Shown piece after piece: positions 1-9,399 of a stretch of DNA of 40,605 bases; within the stretch, counting starts at the first letter, position 1; every line of letters begins with the position of its first letter. The DNA is from a virus (lineage: Duplodnaviria; Heunggongvirae; Uroviricota; Caudoviricetes), in the IMG/VR virus record IMGVR_UViG_2734482545_000011, one strand, 5' to 3'. Under the pieces are notes generated by a model. The model was not told the origin of the DNA. It did no database searches and saw nothing but the letters and a program-made list of their open reading frames with translations. Both the position numbers and the translations under genes were made by a program.

Positions 1-66
1 CTGCGTGGACTTCAGGTTGTCCTTCGCTTCGCGCGGGGTATGCCCCTTACTGCTGCCTTTACCCAT
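1..66 (-). CDS. J: tail tip/host specificity protein J, N-terminal 22 codons only (gene continues beyond window start)
   Basis: Reverse complement of 1-66 reads ATG GGT AAA GGC AGC AGT AAG GGG CAT ACC CCG CGC GAA GCG AAG GAC AAC CTG AAG TCC ACG CAG = MGKGSSKGHTPREAKDNLKSTQ, which matches the N-terminus of lambda gpJ as I recall it; lies directly downstream of I. Confidence 0.7.
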   Translation of the reverse strand, partial: MGKGSSKGHTPREAKDNLKSTQ

Positions 67-87
67 TCCTCACGCTCCATAAACGAC

Positions 88-108
88 AAAACCGCCCGCA
101 GGCGGTTT
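88..108 (-). terminator. short hairpin plus U-run between I and J (weak terminator-like or RNA structure)
   Basis: Plus strand aaACCGCCcgcaGGCGGTtt; on the minus strand a 6-bp GC stem is followed by TTTTGTCGTTT. Inside the tail operon, so at most an attenuator. Confidence 0.3.
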
Positions 109-126
109 CTCATAAAACATTTTGCA

Positions 127-747
127 TCAGCGACCAATCACCACAACCTGACCACCATCCCCTTCGTCTGCCGTGCTGATCTCCTGAGAAACCACACGTG
201 ACCCCACGCGCATTTCCCCGTACAGAACAGGCAGAACATTACCCTGGGCAACCATGTTATCCAGTGACGAGAAATACGTGTTCTGTTTGCCGTTATCTGT
301 ACTGGCTGCCGTGGGCGTCCTGGCTTTCGGTGCCAGCATCTGCGCCACACCACCCAGGATCATACTGGCCCCTGCTGCATACATACCCGATACAGCCGCG
401 GCCCCCAGCCAGCCCACAGGGTTCCACCATGCCACCGCAATCAGCGCCGCACCCAGCACCGCCTGAAACACACCGCCACTTTTGGCACCCGCCAGACGCG
501 GAACGATGTGGATCACGGCACCATTTGCCAGCGGTTCATTAAGACGGGCAGATAATTCATTTTCGCCTGCATCACGCCCGGCAATGCGCACCTGATACCA
601 GCCGTCGCTCAGTTTCTGACGAAATGCCGGGAGCTGTGTGGCCAGTGCCCGAAGGTCGATGCGGCGGCCAAATCGCTGCAAATCCCCGTAAAGGCAGATG
701 CGTGCCATGCCCGGTGACGCCAGAGGGAGTGTGTGCGTCGCTGCCAT
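127..747 (-). CDS. I: tail assembly protein I
   Basis: 206-aa ORF starting MAATHTLPLASPGMARICLYGDLQRFGRR and ending GEMRVGSRVVSQEISTADEGDGGQVVVIGR, recognised as lambda gpI-like; order M-L-K-I-J conserved. Confidence 0.85.
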   Translation of the reverse strand: MAATHTLPLASPGMARICLYGDLQRFGRRIDLRALATQLPAFRQKLSDGWYQVRIAGRDAGENELSARLNEPLANGAVIHIVPRLAGAKSGGVFQAVLGAALIAVAWWNPVGWLGAAAVSGMYAAGASMILGGVAQMLAPKARTPTAASTDNGKQNTYFSSLDNMVAQGNVLPVLYGEMRVGSRVVSQEISTADEGDGGQVVVIGR

Positions 748-1388
748 TTGTCGGTGTACCTCTCTCGTTTACTCAGTTGTTCAGGAATATGGTGCAGCAG
801 CTCGCCGTCACCACAGTAAATGGCGGCATGATTCGGCACCGATGAACCAAAACAGCACAGCAGCACATCGCCCGGCTGCGCCGTTGACAACGGCACCTGA
901 TACAGCCCTGTAGCCTCCAGATTATCCAGATAGAGATTCTGACCGTGACGCCACCAGTCATCCTCACGATGAAAATCCGGCATCTCAATCCCCGCCAGAT
1001 GGTAAGCGTCCCGGAACAGCGTGTAACAGTCCGTCACCCCGTGCTCAAAGCGCCGCCCGGTGAGATGCGGCACACAGCGGAACTTGTGAATCGCCCCGCG
1101 GCAGACCAGCCACCACGACAAATCACTCTGCACCTGCAGCCGCCGGTCGGCCTCACTCAGCCAGGGCAGACCACCGGGGTGGCTGTGGACCAGCGCCACA
1201 ATCTCACCCTGCATCTCTGCCTGCAGCCAGTCCTCCGGAGCCATCCGGAAATACTCCTCCGGCTCACCGGAAATATTCACGCAGGGAAAATATCTTTCCC
1301 CCTCCGGTGTTCTCACCACGAAGCCGCACGACTCCGCTGGCGCACATCGCCGGGCGTGCGCCAGAATCGCTGATTCTGTCTGTGTCAT
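609..1388 (-). CDS. K: tail tip assembly protein K (NlpC/P60 and MPN-like)
   Basis: 259-aa ORF MTQTESAILAHARRCAPAESCGFVV... with HSHPGG (JAB/MPN-like) and a C-terminal Cys/His region; lambda gpK-like. Its 3' end overlaps the I ORF by about 139 nt out of frame; the true stop or start of the neighbour may differ. Confidence 0.8.
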   Translation of the reverse strand: MTQTESAILAHARRCAPAESCGFVVRTPEGERYFPCVNISGEPEEYFRMAPEDWLQAEMQGEIVALVHSHPGGLPWLSEADRRLQVQSDLSWWLVCRGAIHKFRCVPHLTGRRFEHGVTDCYTLFRDAYHLAGIEMPDFHREDDWWRHGQNLYLDNLEATGLYQVPLSTAQPGDVLLCCFGSSVPNHAAIYCGDGELLHHIPEQLSKRERYTDKWQRRTHSLWRHRAWHASAFTGICSDLAAASTFGHWPHSSRHFVRN

Positions 1389-1393
1389 GGGAT

Positions 1394-2092
1394 TTACTGC
1401 GAAAGTTTGTTAATGGAAAGGAAGCCGCCAAAGTTGCCGACGTTATTGCGGAACTTACAACCGCTCAGGCATTTGCTGCATTTATCCTTCGTGATATCGG
1501 ACGTTGGCTGGTCATATTCATCCGCGACAGCCGGACCGTGATAACCGCACTCATCACCGCGATAGGTCCAGGTGCAGGTATTAGCAAGCATGATGCGCCC
1601 CGGAAAAACAGCGCCGTCCGTTTCCGTCGGCGTGGACAGTACAAAGGAGGCACTGACCGCGCTCAGTTCGCTGCACTGCTCAATACGCCAGCGGCTGATC
1701 ACCTCCTGCTCCGGATCGGCGTCACTGTTTCCGTTGACGAAGTTCACCGCATCCAGAAAACGGGCGTAAACCTTACGCCTGACCACCGTTCCGCCGACCA
1801 GACTCTGCAGGTCTTCCGCCATCCCGGTGACCATGCCGTGCAGATTAGAGACTTTCAGCGTTGGCCTTGCACTGGCACCTTTGCCGTTCATCTCAAATCC
1901 ACTCCCCTGAATGGGATAGGCCTGATACTGCCGACTCTGCCAGGTGACAGACTCTCCTTTCTCGTTCTGCTCATTGCAGAAAAAGTAGCGATCCCCGCCT
2001 ACCTCGGTCAGGTCGATTTCCCAGAGCACCACGCTGGCCGACTGCTCCGCACGAATGCATTCATTCAGCGTTTCCTGTTGTATGTCCTGCAT
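1394..2092 (-). CDS. L: minor tail protein L
   Basis: 232-aa [50 protein letters not shown]..., lambda gpL-like with C-terminal Cys cluster; position between M and K. Confidence 0.9.
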   Translation of the reverse strand: MQDIQQETLNECIRAEQSASVVLWEIDLTEVGGDRYFFCNEQNEKGESVTWQSRQYQAYPIQGSGFEMNGKGASARPTLKVSNLHGMVTGMAEDLQSLVGGTVVRRKVYARFLDAVNFVNGNSDADPEQEVISRWRIEQCSELSAVSASFVLSTPTETDGAVFPGRIMLANTCTWTYRGDECGYHGPAVADEYDQPTSDITKDKCSKCLSGCKFRNNVGNFGGFLSINKLSQ

Positions 2093-2430
2093 CAGATCAC
2101 CACTTCGTCAAACTGACACGAAAAATCGGTATAGGTGATATGTTCTGTCGCTGACCACGTTCGACACACCACTCTGATTTTTCTGTTAATACCCGGCGGG
2201 CGCCAAAAAAAAGATTTATAGCCTTCATGCCGGGCTAAAAATTTTTCAAATGAATCACGTTCATTCGCCTCAACTTTGAAATCACAGGTGAAAACGCGCA
2301 GAGAATGATTAAGTCCATTTGGACTTCGTTGCTCATAACCATCACCAAATCTTACAGTTTTTATCGATGGTTTATTTTCTGTTTTCATTCCATCCTCTGG
2401 TAACCAGTGAAATTCTTCCGTATTAGCCAC
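2092..2430 (-). CDS. M: minor tail protein M
   Basis: 112-aa [43 protein letters not shown]..., lambda gpM-like; directly downstream of the tape measure gene. Confidence 0.85.
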   Translation of the reverse strand: MANTEEFHWLPEDGMKTENKPSIKTVRFGDGYEQRSPNGLNHSLRVFTCDFKVEANERDSFEKFLARHEGYKSFFWRPPGINRKIRVVCRTWSATEHITYTDFSCQFDEVVI

Positions 2431-5400
2431 TTAACATTCCCCCATCACGTCGCATATTTAACAGATTGCCCTGCACCCGCTGATCAACCATCCCCATAAG
2501 TGCTTTTATTGCCTGAGGGCCAATCTCTCCATTCTGGCCGTCATTTTGAATAGTGATTTGGTATACAGGGGCATAGGTAATATCTCCGCCTCCATTACCA
2601 CTTTTACTATTAATAGCTCTGACACCAAGAGAACCATCGGAAGTTCGTGTTAATGGCATAATGGCTTCCGGTCCAGCCTCACCAAAAACACCAGCCCCTT
2701 TTGCAAAAGCAAAAAATTGCGGGGAATCATAAATACCGTTCGAATACGTGCTCAATGACGGAGACTCATAAACACCGCCCTTTGCATTCGGAATAAATTT
2801 ACTAATAGCACTCCCGATAGTTCCTAAAATCCCCCCAGAAGAACTGTTACTAATGCTGTCGAAAATCCCAGTAATTGAAGCCTTTAATGCTATTCGACTA
2901 AGATCCGAAATCACGGAAGTAGCGAAAGAACGAAAATTTGCCTTGCCTGTCGTGACAAAATCACCCAGCGCATCGGTCATCCCATCAAACATCTGAGTCG
3001 TGGTTGATTTTATCTGCTCACTGATATCCTTAGTGTCATCCAGCCAGTTATTGAATCCCTGGGAGGCACCACTAACCCAGTCTCCTGCCTGAATATCGAG
3101 CTGCTCGTTTTTCTGTCTGACAATTTCTTTTTCCCGTTCCAGAGCATCATTCAGAGCCTGCATTTTCTCTTGAAAAACATGATCTGACATTCCACGGGAT
3201 TTATCTGCATAGTCACGTTCAAGTTGCAGACGCTGATTGTTATATCCATGTTCAATCCGCAGTAATTCCTGCTGGCGTTGCTGATTTTTATCGCCAACCC
3301 CATAACCAGCAATCTGAATATCATACCCCTGCTGACGATTATCAATCGAAGCCTGCAATGAATCACGCCATGCTGTTATTTCGGCGGATTCCTTGATTAG
3401 CCTGTTATTTTTTTCAATCGCAACATTTTTCTCCATCAACGTGGTTATTTCTTCCCGGTGTAAGAGAAGCGATTTCTGATCCTGGGTTAATTTCGATGAT
3501 GGTCGTGACTCTAGGTCGGCAATCCGCTGACGCCACTTAACCAGTTCCTGTTCAGAGGAACTTAATTTAACGGTCAACTCAGCTTGTGAACTTAGTAACG
3601 CATTCTGTTGATTCAGATGATCAATCATTCGTTGGGCTGCATCATCAGAATAACCTTTCGCCTTTGGTTGCTTTGGATCTTTATAACGCTCATTTATTTG
3701 AGCGATAAGATTATTATATTCTTCCTTTGAATACTGATTCTTTAGCTTTTCCAGTTTTGCAAGTTCACTAGCTCTCTGCTGCTCCCGGGTCTGATATTGT
3801 TTTGAAAAGGCATCTGCTCTCTGTCTGAGTTCAATTCCTTCCTGTTGTCGCTTGTTGTAATCGTTTATTGATGAATTTAGTACGTCCTGAGCAATTTTTT
3901 CTGCTTGAAGTACGCCCAATTGCTGCTTTAATCGTGCCAGCCTTTTATTTTGAGCTCCGCCATCTCCAATGCCACCTAACCCGAAAACTCCGGGTCGGGT
4001 ATTTTTTTCTATTTCATCAATTTGACGGAGAACATCTGAGATTTTTTGATCAAGGGAGGCCTCACGGCCAATATCCAGCATGGAATCCCATGCCCATTTT
4101 GCGGAGTCTGCGACAGCTTTCCATGCAGTCTCAAGATAACCAAGATTTTCTTTAATCTGGTTGGTGCGCTGGATCATTGAGGATGAGTATTCTTCTGTCG
4201 CAATGCGGGCGGCCTCCTGCTGGTTCCCTTCATCCTGTAGCGCCTTAATCTGGTTATAAGTCGCAAGTGTCAGAAAATGGTACTGATCATTAAGTTTTGA
4301 TATGGCACTGACAGGATCCTTTGCAATTTCATTGAAGTCATTAACCAGTTGTTCGGTTGATATTCCTGTTACTTCGCTCGTTTTTACTATCGCTGTCGTC
4401 ACTTGCTCCAGCGAACTGCTCGCTACCTTTCCCGAACGCACAAGCTGATTTAATACTGCCGCCGCAGCACCAGTTGTCGAATCAGCCGCATTCCCGGCAC
4501 GTTGAGCTATATCGCCCAATTGCCCGCTGGTTGTCCCCAACTGATTTCCGGTAAGAATAAGAGATTTATTAAATTCGTCCTGCTCCTGAGAGCCTTTATA
4601 GTAAGCCAGTCCTAAGACCCCAACGGCTGCTGCGGCCAGGGTAAAAGGATTAATTAATCCCAGCACATAAGAACCTACACCTTTGATCGCCGGGCCAATC
4701 CCACCGAACATATCTTTTAGCTGGCCGCCCTGCTGCATTAACACCATAAATGGCGACTGACCAGTGGACAACCCAACAACAATATCCGTCATTTGTACAG
4801 GCAACATGCGCATAGCAAAAGCCGTTTGTTTTGCCGACATTCCGGTTTTGCTTAATTGTGATTGAGTAACCTCAAGCTCACTCCGCATAGCACGAAGTTT
4901 TCCAGAAAGCTCCTCATACATTTCAGGAGAAAGCATCCCCTTAGCTTTTGCTTCATTGAGCTGTTTCTGTTGTTCTACCAGACGATTAAAAGCAGTTCCG
5001 ACAGGATCAAGTTGAGCAATCAGACGTTGCAAAGCAACAACCTGTTCATCATGCGCTTTTGCTGCTTCTCGCTCTGCCTGAGCCTCTCCGGTAAGCTCTC
5101 GCCGTGTTTCCTGTATTTTTCGGCTATAATTCTCAAACTGAGAACCATTTATTTTCCCGGATGCAAACGCAGCATTAAGTTCATCATGCTGTTGTTCAAG
5201 ATTTCTTAGCGCCGCAGCCAGAGGGTCGATCTTGTCCAGCATTCTTTGAAAGGCCTGAGCCTGCGCTTCCTGCTGGGCGGCAGCAAGTTTTCCGGCCTTC
5301 TCGGCTTCTCTCTGCGCTTGCGCAACCCCGCTCAATTCCTCTGTGGTTTCATTAAGTTTACGGACAAGAAATTCATATTCTTCTTTATCAATAAGCCCTT

Positions 5401-5656
5401 TATCGAAAAATTTCTTTAATTCAGAATAGCGTCGACCGACAGTATCAATTGCGGCACCAACTGGATCAATAGCTGCTTTTAATTTTGCGAGCGCGTTCTT
5501 CTCATCTTCTGTTGCCTTAGTCACTTTCCCTGCGCTATTTGCAGCAGTTTCCCCAGCCTGCGTCATTTTGACTAATGAGGAGGTCAGATTGTCAGCATTA
5601 TTTTTCGCTCCAGTGCTATCAATAATTATTGCGAGACGCGAGGTTTGCTCTGCCAT
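2423..5656 (-). CDS. tail tape measure protein
   Basis: 1077-aa ORF rich in Ala/Gln/Glu/Lys coiled-coil sequence with a Gly-rich hydrophobic central segment; located between the GT chaperone and M. AGGAG Shine-Dalgarno upstream of the ATG. Confidence 0.9.
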   Translation of the reverse strand: MAEQTSRLAIIIDSTGAKNNADNLTSSLVKMTQAGETAANSAGKVTKATEDEKNALAKLKAAIDPVGAAIDTVGRRYSELKKFFDKGLIDKEEYEFLVRKLNETTEELSGVAQAQREAEKAGKLAAAQQEAQAQAFQRMLDKIDPLAAALRNLEQQHDELNAAFASGKINGSQFENYSRKIQETRRELTGEAQAEREAAKAHDEQVVALQRLIAQLDPVGTAFNRLVEQQKQLNEAKAKGMLSPEMYEELSGKLRAMRSELEVTQSQLSKTGMSAKQTAFAMRMLPVQMTDIVVGLSTGQSPFMVLMQQGGQLKDMFGGIGPAIKGVGSYVLGLINPFTLAAAAVGVLGLAYYKGSQEQDEFNKSLILTGNQLGTTSGQLGDIAQRAGNAADSTTGAAAAVLNQLVRSGKVASSSLEQVTTAIVKTSEVTGISTEQLVNDFNEIAKDPVSAISKLNDQYHFLTLATYNQIKALQDEGNQQEAARIATEEYSSSMIQRTNQIKENLGYLETAWKAVADSAKWAWDSMLDIGREASLDQKISDVLRQIDEIEKNTRPGVFGLGGIGDGGAQNKRLARLKQQLGVLQAEKIAQDVLNSSINDYNKRQQEGIELRQRADAFSKQYQTREQQRASELAKLEKLKNQYSKEEYNNLIAQINERYKDPKQPKAKGYSDDAAQRMIDHLNQQNALLSSQAELTVKLSSSEQELVKWRQRIADLESRPSSKLTQDQKSLLLHREEITTLMEKNVAIEKNNRLIKESAEITAWRDSLQASIDNRQQGYDIQIAGYGVGDKNQQRQQELLRIEHGYNNQRLQLERDYADKSRGMSDHVFQEKMQALNDALEREKEIVRQKNEQLDIQAGDWVSGASQGFNNWLDDTKDISEQIKSTTTQMFDGMTDALGDFVTTGKANFRSFATSVISDLSRIALKASITGIFDSISNSSSGGILGTIGSAISKFIPNAKGGVYESPSLSTYSNGIYDSPQFFAFAKGAGVFGEAGPEAIMPLTRTSDGSLGVRAINSKSGNGGGDITYAPVYQITIQNDGQNGEIGPQAIKALMGMVDQRVQGNLLNMRRDGGMLSG

Positions 5657-5674
5657 TTATTAAAACTCCTGACA

Positions 5675-5700
5675 ACAAAAAACCCACCGCGAAGTGGGTT
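5675..5700 (-). terminator. hairpin plus U-run just upstream of the tape measure start (attenuator-like)
   Basis: Minus strand AACCCAC-TTCGCG-GTGGGTT followed by TTTTTGTTG; 7-bp stem. Lies between the GT stop and the tape measure RBS. Confidence 0.35.
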
Positions 5701-5821
5701 TCAGGCGACATAATAGTAGATATAGCGATTACGAGGCCACGCAATGCTTTTCTCCAGGAGCATCATCGATTTAATTAAAGACACCATCACATCTCTGTAA
5801 CAGAGTGTACGTAATTAACAA

Positions 5822-6579
5822 CTACACACACTGCTCCTGAAAATACTGGTCATCCAGTGCAAAGATCACTGCTTCAAATTCATCGCGCTCAATCAATACC
5901 GGATGAGTGGCTAAATATTCATTTATCTCTGTCAGAGATAAAGGCAAAGGCACCCCAGCCATTCCAGCATAACGTCGGGCACGGGATATTACCGAATAGG
6001 CGTACAACAACTCCTTAAGCACCGGGTCTATTTCTGGTTCCGGTATCGGTGGCAACCTGAGTTTTTCTCGCTTCCATCTTGCCTTTTCCCCCCTTTCTCC
6101 CCCGAACTCCGATAACCACCGCTGGGCAGCTATGGCTTTTTTATCGTATCCTGCTTCTGCTGCTCTTTACCCTGGGCGATGCTGGCTGCTTCTGCAAGGA
6201 TCTGCCAGTACAACTCTGGATTCTGCTTAAGCAGCGCGATCCCTCGTTCTGCCGTATATTCCAGTGCAACCTCAACACCATTAACCAGTTCACCAACCCC
6301 TTTCCAGTCTTTCAGCAGATAACGAGCGGCATTATCAATGAGTAAATCATCAACAGAATCCACCTCGGAAACCTTTGAAATATCAAACTCCTTCGTTCCG
6401 ACGTGCAAACTGGCATCCATTTTCTCAATGTGGCGACGGATTAATGCATTACGGGAGCGATACTGATCGTTATCGCTGCTTGCCACCAACAGTTTTAACC
6501 CGTCTACAGGTTTTAAGTCCTTCATTGGCGTAAACCAGCGTTCTCCACCAATGATAATTTTCTGATTAAGAATAAACAT
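5822..6579 (-). CDS. tail assembly chaperone GT (-1 programmed frameshift fusion product)
   Basis: G frame ends ...QKQDTIKKP-stop at 6130; the -1 frame stays open from the slippery heptamer through to 5822 (continuation KKAIAAQRWLSEFGGERGEKARWKREKLRLPPIPEPE...QYFQEQCV). Frame arithmetic fits a -1 shift. Confidence 0.6.
6130..6579 (-). CDS. tail assembly chaperone G
   Basis: ORF between major tail and tape measure genes; start placed at an internal Met (MFILNQKIIIGG...) preceded by GAGG; ends with the A-AAA-AAG slippery site 2 codons before its stop. Confidence 0.7.
   Translation of the reverse strand: MFILNQKIIIGGERWFTPMKDLKPVDGLKLLVASSDNDQYRSRNALIRRHIEKMDASLHVGTKEFDISKVSEVDSVDDLLIDNAARYLLKDWKGVGELVNGVEVALEYTAERGIALLKQNPELYWQILAEAASIAQGKEQQKQDTIKKP
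6136..6142 (-). promoter_or_regulatory. -1 ribosomal frameshift slippery heptamer AAAAAAG
   Basis: Plus strand CTTTTTT at 6136-6142 is AAAAAAG on the minus strand, sitting just before the G stop codon (ATA AAA AAG CCA TAG). Confidence 0.6.
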
Positions 6580-6639
6580 CCATAACCTCATTCAATGCGT
6601 CCCCCTGTAGGGCAGTACCACAGGAGGAATAACGGAAAA

Positions 6640-7602
6640 TCAACTAATCGCCTCAGCACTGGCTTTTGCGATCACGGCAGCCGGGGAATTTTTTTTTCTG
6701 GTTATCGTAGGTGCTTCATCTGCTGCGGTAATGCTCAATTGAACCTGGATAATGTCGCTATTACCCCCATCAGGCCATTCACCTGACACCTGAACCTTCG
6801 GGAAACTGAAAGTGTATGCCCCCTCTCCATTCGAAAGCGTGAAGCTGAACGGAACTGTTTCTCCAGTCAGTGTTTTACTCCAGATTTCCCACGCGGCTTT
6901 AGACCATGAAAGCGTCACCGTACCGGACGGTGTAAAAGTAGTCGGAATATTTGCTCCTGCATAAGGCGAGCCAGTCCCGATACAACGCTGTGTCTGGAGT
7001 TTGTTATCGAACTGAATATCAAAACTGTCGATACAAAAACCGTTACCTCCGGCAACACCATTCAGGCTTACTGCTGAAACCTCCTTAAACGAATAACGTA
7101 GCTTTCCTGCACTATCCACAGGTTCGCCTTTGATAAAATTCGTATCATCGGCCTTTGATTCCCAGTCCAGTCCGGCAAAGGTTACGGTCGCTGTAATATC
7201 GCCGTCGTTAGGGATCTGCATTTTCCATGAGCCAACCTGCGCTCCTCTGACGACAGAGGCAATTCCGACATCGGACGCATAGGTCGCCAGAGAAAATGTT
7301 ATTCGCTCATTCCCCATTGTCAGAGAATCGCCTGACCATTCCGCGCCGAAACAGGATGCAAGAAAATCATCATGTTGACCCCAGCGAAATTTGGTACCAA
7401 CATCACCGCCGACATCCACAGTGCCAGGCGTCGCCCCCTGAGCCATCCGGGAGCCACCAATCTCATTATTTTCGCCTTTATTCTGGGTGGGTTTTACTCC
7501 CCAGCTTGTGCGTTTTAATAAACTCCAGTCACCACTTGCTGGCGTAGTGCCTGCAACCGTCTCCCGGATAAATGCCGAGATAACCTTTGCACCTGAACTC
7601 AC
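6640..7602 (-). CDS. major tail protein
   Basis: 320-aa ORF immediately upstream of the G/GT chaperone pair, Gly/Thr/Ser-rich beta-type composition; assigned by position in a conserved siphovirus gene order. Confidence 0.75.
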   Translation of the reverse strand: MSSGAKVISAFIRETVAGTTPASGDWSLLKRTSWGVKPTQNKGENNEIGGSRMAQGATPGTVDVGGDVGTKFRWGQHDDFLASCFGAEWSGDSLTMGNERITFSLATYASDVGIASVVRGAQVGSWKMQIPNDGDITATVTFAGLDWESKADDTNFIKGEPVDSAGKLRYSFKEVSAVSLNGVAGGNGFCIDSFDIQFDNKLQTQRCIGTGSPYAGANIPTTFTPSGTVTLSWSKAAWEIWSKTLTGETVPFSFTLSNGEGAYTFSFPKVQVSGEWPDGGNSDIIQVQLSITAADEAPTITRKKNSPAAVIAKASAEAIS

Positions 7603-7628
7603 AGGAGCCTCCTATGTCATTAATTGCG

Positions 7629-8021
7629 CTAGAGCGCGCGATATGGAATTTGAAGATTAAGCTGGAACCAGCCATTCTTTTCGCCAACGGCTATTGAGGA
7701 AACAGCCTGGTAACTGAGACGATCGTCATCCTGAAACTCAAACAGTTCCCGCAATTTATCGGCTGTCTCAGTAATGAGTTTTGAACCAGAACCTGCGGGG
7801 ACAAATAACTGAATAATGATTATCCCCGTGCGATAAACAACCGGCCCCGCGCCAATTTCATTAACTCCAGCCTGCCCGGGAATATTACTTAACCGCGCCC
7901 AGATTAACTTACCGGAAGGATCGAACGTTGGCCCGTTCGGATACAATACGTCTTTTCCATCAATAATCGTCTGTGCCGTCATTCTGGAAATAACCGTATT
8001 TCTGATTTCAGTAAACTTCAT
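7629..8021 (-). CDS. tail terminator / tail completion protein (gpU-like position)
   Basis: 130-aa ORF between connector genes and the major tail gene; assignment by synteny only. Confidence 0.45.
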   Translation of the reverse strand: MKFTEIRNTVISRMTAQTIIDGKDVLYPNGPTFDPSGKLIWARLSNIPGQAGVNEIGAGPVVYRTGIIIIQLFVPAGSGSKLITETADKLRELFEFQDDDRLSYQAVSSIAVGEKNGWFQLNLQIPYRAL

Positions 8022-8398
8022 TTGTAAGCCTGTAAAACACCATGAAAAGCGTTGGCATACACGCCAGTTGGCGCTTGTTGTGAATGACCGTTTTCAAGAG
8101 CCTCTGCATAAGGAAGGTTATTCTGGATATAAATAACCCCGTAATTTGCAGCTTTCGAAATAACCCCGATCCCACGCTGAACAGCAATCGTACCGTTCGG
8201 ATCCACGTTATCAGATATACCAAAATCGGGATGCTGTAACGACACCAGGTTGTTATTTCTGAAACGTCCGGTATCAACCGGAGCAGCAATATCAATAGCA
8301 GTAAGAATCTGCATAGCGATGTAGCGAATCTTCAGCCCTACATCTTCCTCAATCATCCCGGCAAATATTGACGGTTCTATATCCCATGCCTTTGCCAT
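8018..8398 (-). CDS. neck / tail completion protein (HK97 gp10-like position)
   Basis: 126-aa ORF MAKAWDIEPSIFAGMIEEDVGLKIRYIAMQILTAIDIAAPVDTGRFRNN...; position in the connector module. Confidence 0.45.
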   Translation of the reverse strand: MAKAWDIEPSIFAGMIEEDVGLKIRYIAMQILTAIDIAAPVDTGRFRNNNLVSLQHPDFGISDNVDPNGTIAVQRGIGVISKAANYGVIYIQNNLPYAEALENGHSQQAPTGVYANAFHGVLQAYK

Positions 8399-8782
8399 TT
8401 ACGCTCTCCTTAACTGGATAGAGTAAACTGATGCGGAAGGATCTACACTTGCTGTAATTACCTCGTATCGTTGTAACTGCCTTGATACAGGATCATAAAT
8501 CTCAATAATATGGTCGACAGCTGGTTTATCCGTAACCTCGCATACCAGAGCGGTTAATTTAAGGTCACCATGCAAAATATTAATCCCATCAATTCTGCCC
8601 AGCTTATAACGTGTCAACACGCCTCGCCCGGTATAGATTGCGGTGGATTCGCCGCCAGTTTCCGTCACAGGATCCCAGTGCCGGTGCGTAACGTAAGAAC
8701 CAGAAAAATCACTCACGGCGTCCGCTAAATCCTCATCAAAAGCAGCGGCAACCTCTGACTGAATCTCTTCACGAAGCCCCAT
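8399..8782 (-). CDS. head closure / head-tail joining protein
   Basis: 127-aa ORF in the connector module; synteny only. Confidence 0.4.
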   Translation of the reverse strand: MGLREEIQSEVAAAFDEDLADAVSDFSGSYVTHRHWDPVTETGGESTAIYTGRGVLTRYKLGRIDGINILHGDLKLTALVCEVTDKPAVDHIIEIYDPVSRQLQRYEVITASVDPSASVYSIQLRRA

Positions 8783-9177
8783 TATCCCCCCCTCACAACC
8801 CTGACTTGTGAGCGACTAAGTCCGTACGGTTTCAGCAGTGCTATCGCAAGCTGTAAATCGGGTTCAAGCAATGCAGTGCTGTTTGCTGGCAACTCAGAAA
8901 ATGATTTCGATACACTGACCCCGTCAGCCGACACGGCTTTACTGATAACAACGCCAGAATCATTTTTCTGCTGAAACAACTTACCGAATGAGGCAATTCT
9001 GGCTGCATATGCTCCCGCAAGTTTTACCTCTTCCGGAATACGGGATGGGTTAATTTTCAGGTTGAAGCCATTAAGCCAGGCATTAGCCATTAAAACAGCT
9101 TTATTTTTAGCGTTCTCACTCGTCCAGGCGTTCCCAAACGCATTATCAACGTCATCACAGGTCACGTAAGTGATCAT
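8782..9177 (-). CDS. head-tail adaptor protein
   Basis: 131-aa ORF just downstream of the major capsid gene; synteny only. Confidence 0.4.
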   Translation of the reverse strand: MITYVTCDDVDNAFGNAWTSENAKNKAVLMANAWLNGFNLKINPSRIPEEVKLAGAYAARIASFGKLFQQKNDSGVVISKAVSADGVSVSKSFSELPANSTALLEPDLQLAIALLKPYGLSRSQVRVVRGG

Positions 9178-9180
9178 GTG

Positions 9181-9357
9181 TTACTCCTGAGTTTTCCAGC
9201 CCATAGCCTTCCAGTTGTCAACTTCATCAGGATGAACATTAGCGATAGTTGGTGCGCCGGGAAACATCTGATAATCGGTCACCATAACCACTAACTCAAT
9301 TTGCGTTTTTTGTGCGGCTTCACGCTGTGCTCTTTGCTCTTTAGTTAATCCGGCCAT
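9181..9357 (-). CDS. small hypothetical protein (58 aa) between capsid and adaptor genes
   Basis: ORF below the 60-aa track cutoff, read from the minus strand: MAGLTKEQRAQREAAQKTQIELVVMVTDYQMFPGAPTIANVHPDEVDNWKAMGWKTQE; fills the capsid-to-adaptor gap exactly. Confidence 0.4.
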   Translation of the reverse strand: MAGLTKEQRAQREAAQKTQIELVVMVTDYQMFPGAPTIANVHPDEVDNWKAMGWKTQE

Positions 9358-9366
9358 ATGCCCCCC

Positions 9367-9389
9367 ATTAAAAATGGGGCCGAAGCCCC
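9367..9389 (-). terminator. intrinsic terminator directly after the major capsid gene
   Basis: Minus strand GGGGC-TTCG-GCCCC followed by ATTTTTAAT, starting about 10 nt after the capsid stop codon. Confidence 0.6.
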
Positions 9390-9399
9390 GTTTGAATGT

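Noticed and set aside
609-747. The 139-nt out-of-frame overlap between K and I as a possible frameshift or fusion signal
   Set aside because: No slippery heptamer seen in the overlap; more likely a slightly different stop or start than the track suggests. Alignment with lambda K and I would settle it.
3151-5209. Several 65-115 aa ORFs on both strands inside the tape measure gene (for example 3151-3366, 3868-4155, 4357-4554, 4862-5209)
   Set aside because: They lie entirely within, and out of frame with or antisense to, the 1077-aa tape measure ORF and have no RBS and a biased, low-complexity composition; typical shadow ORFs.
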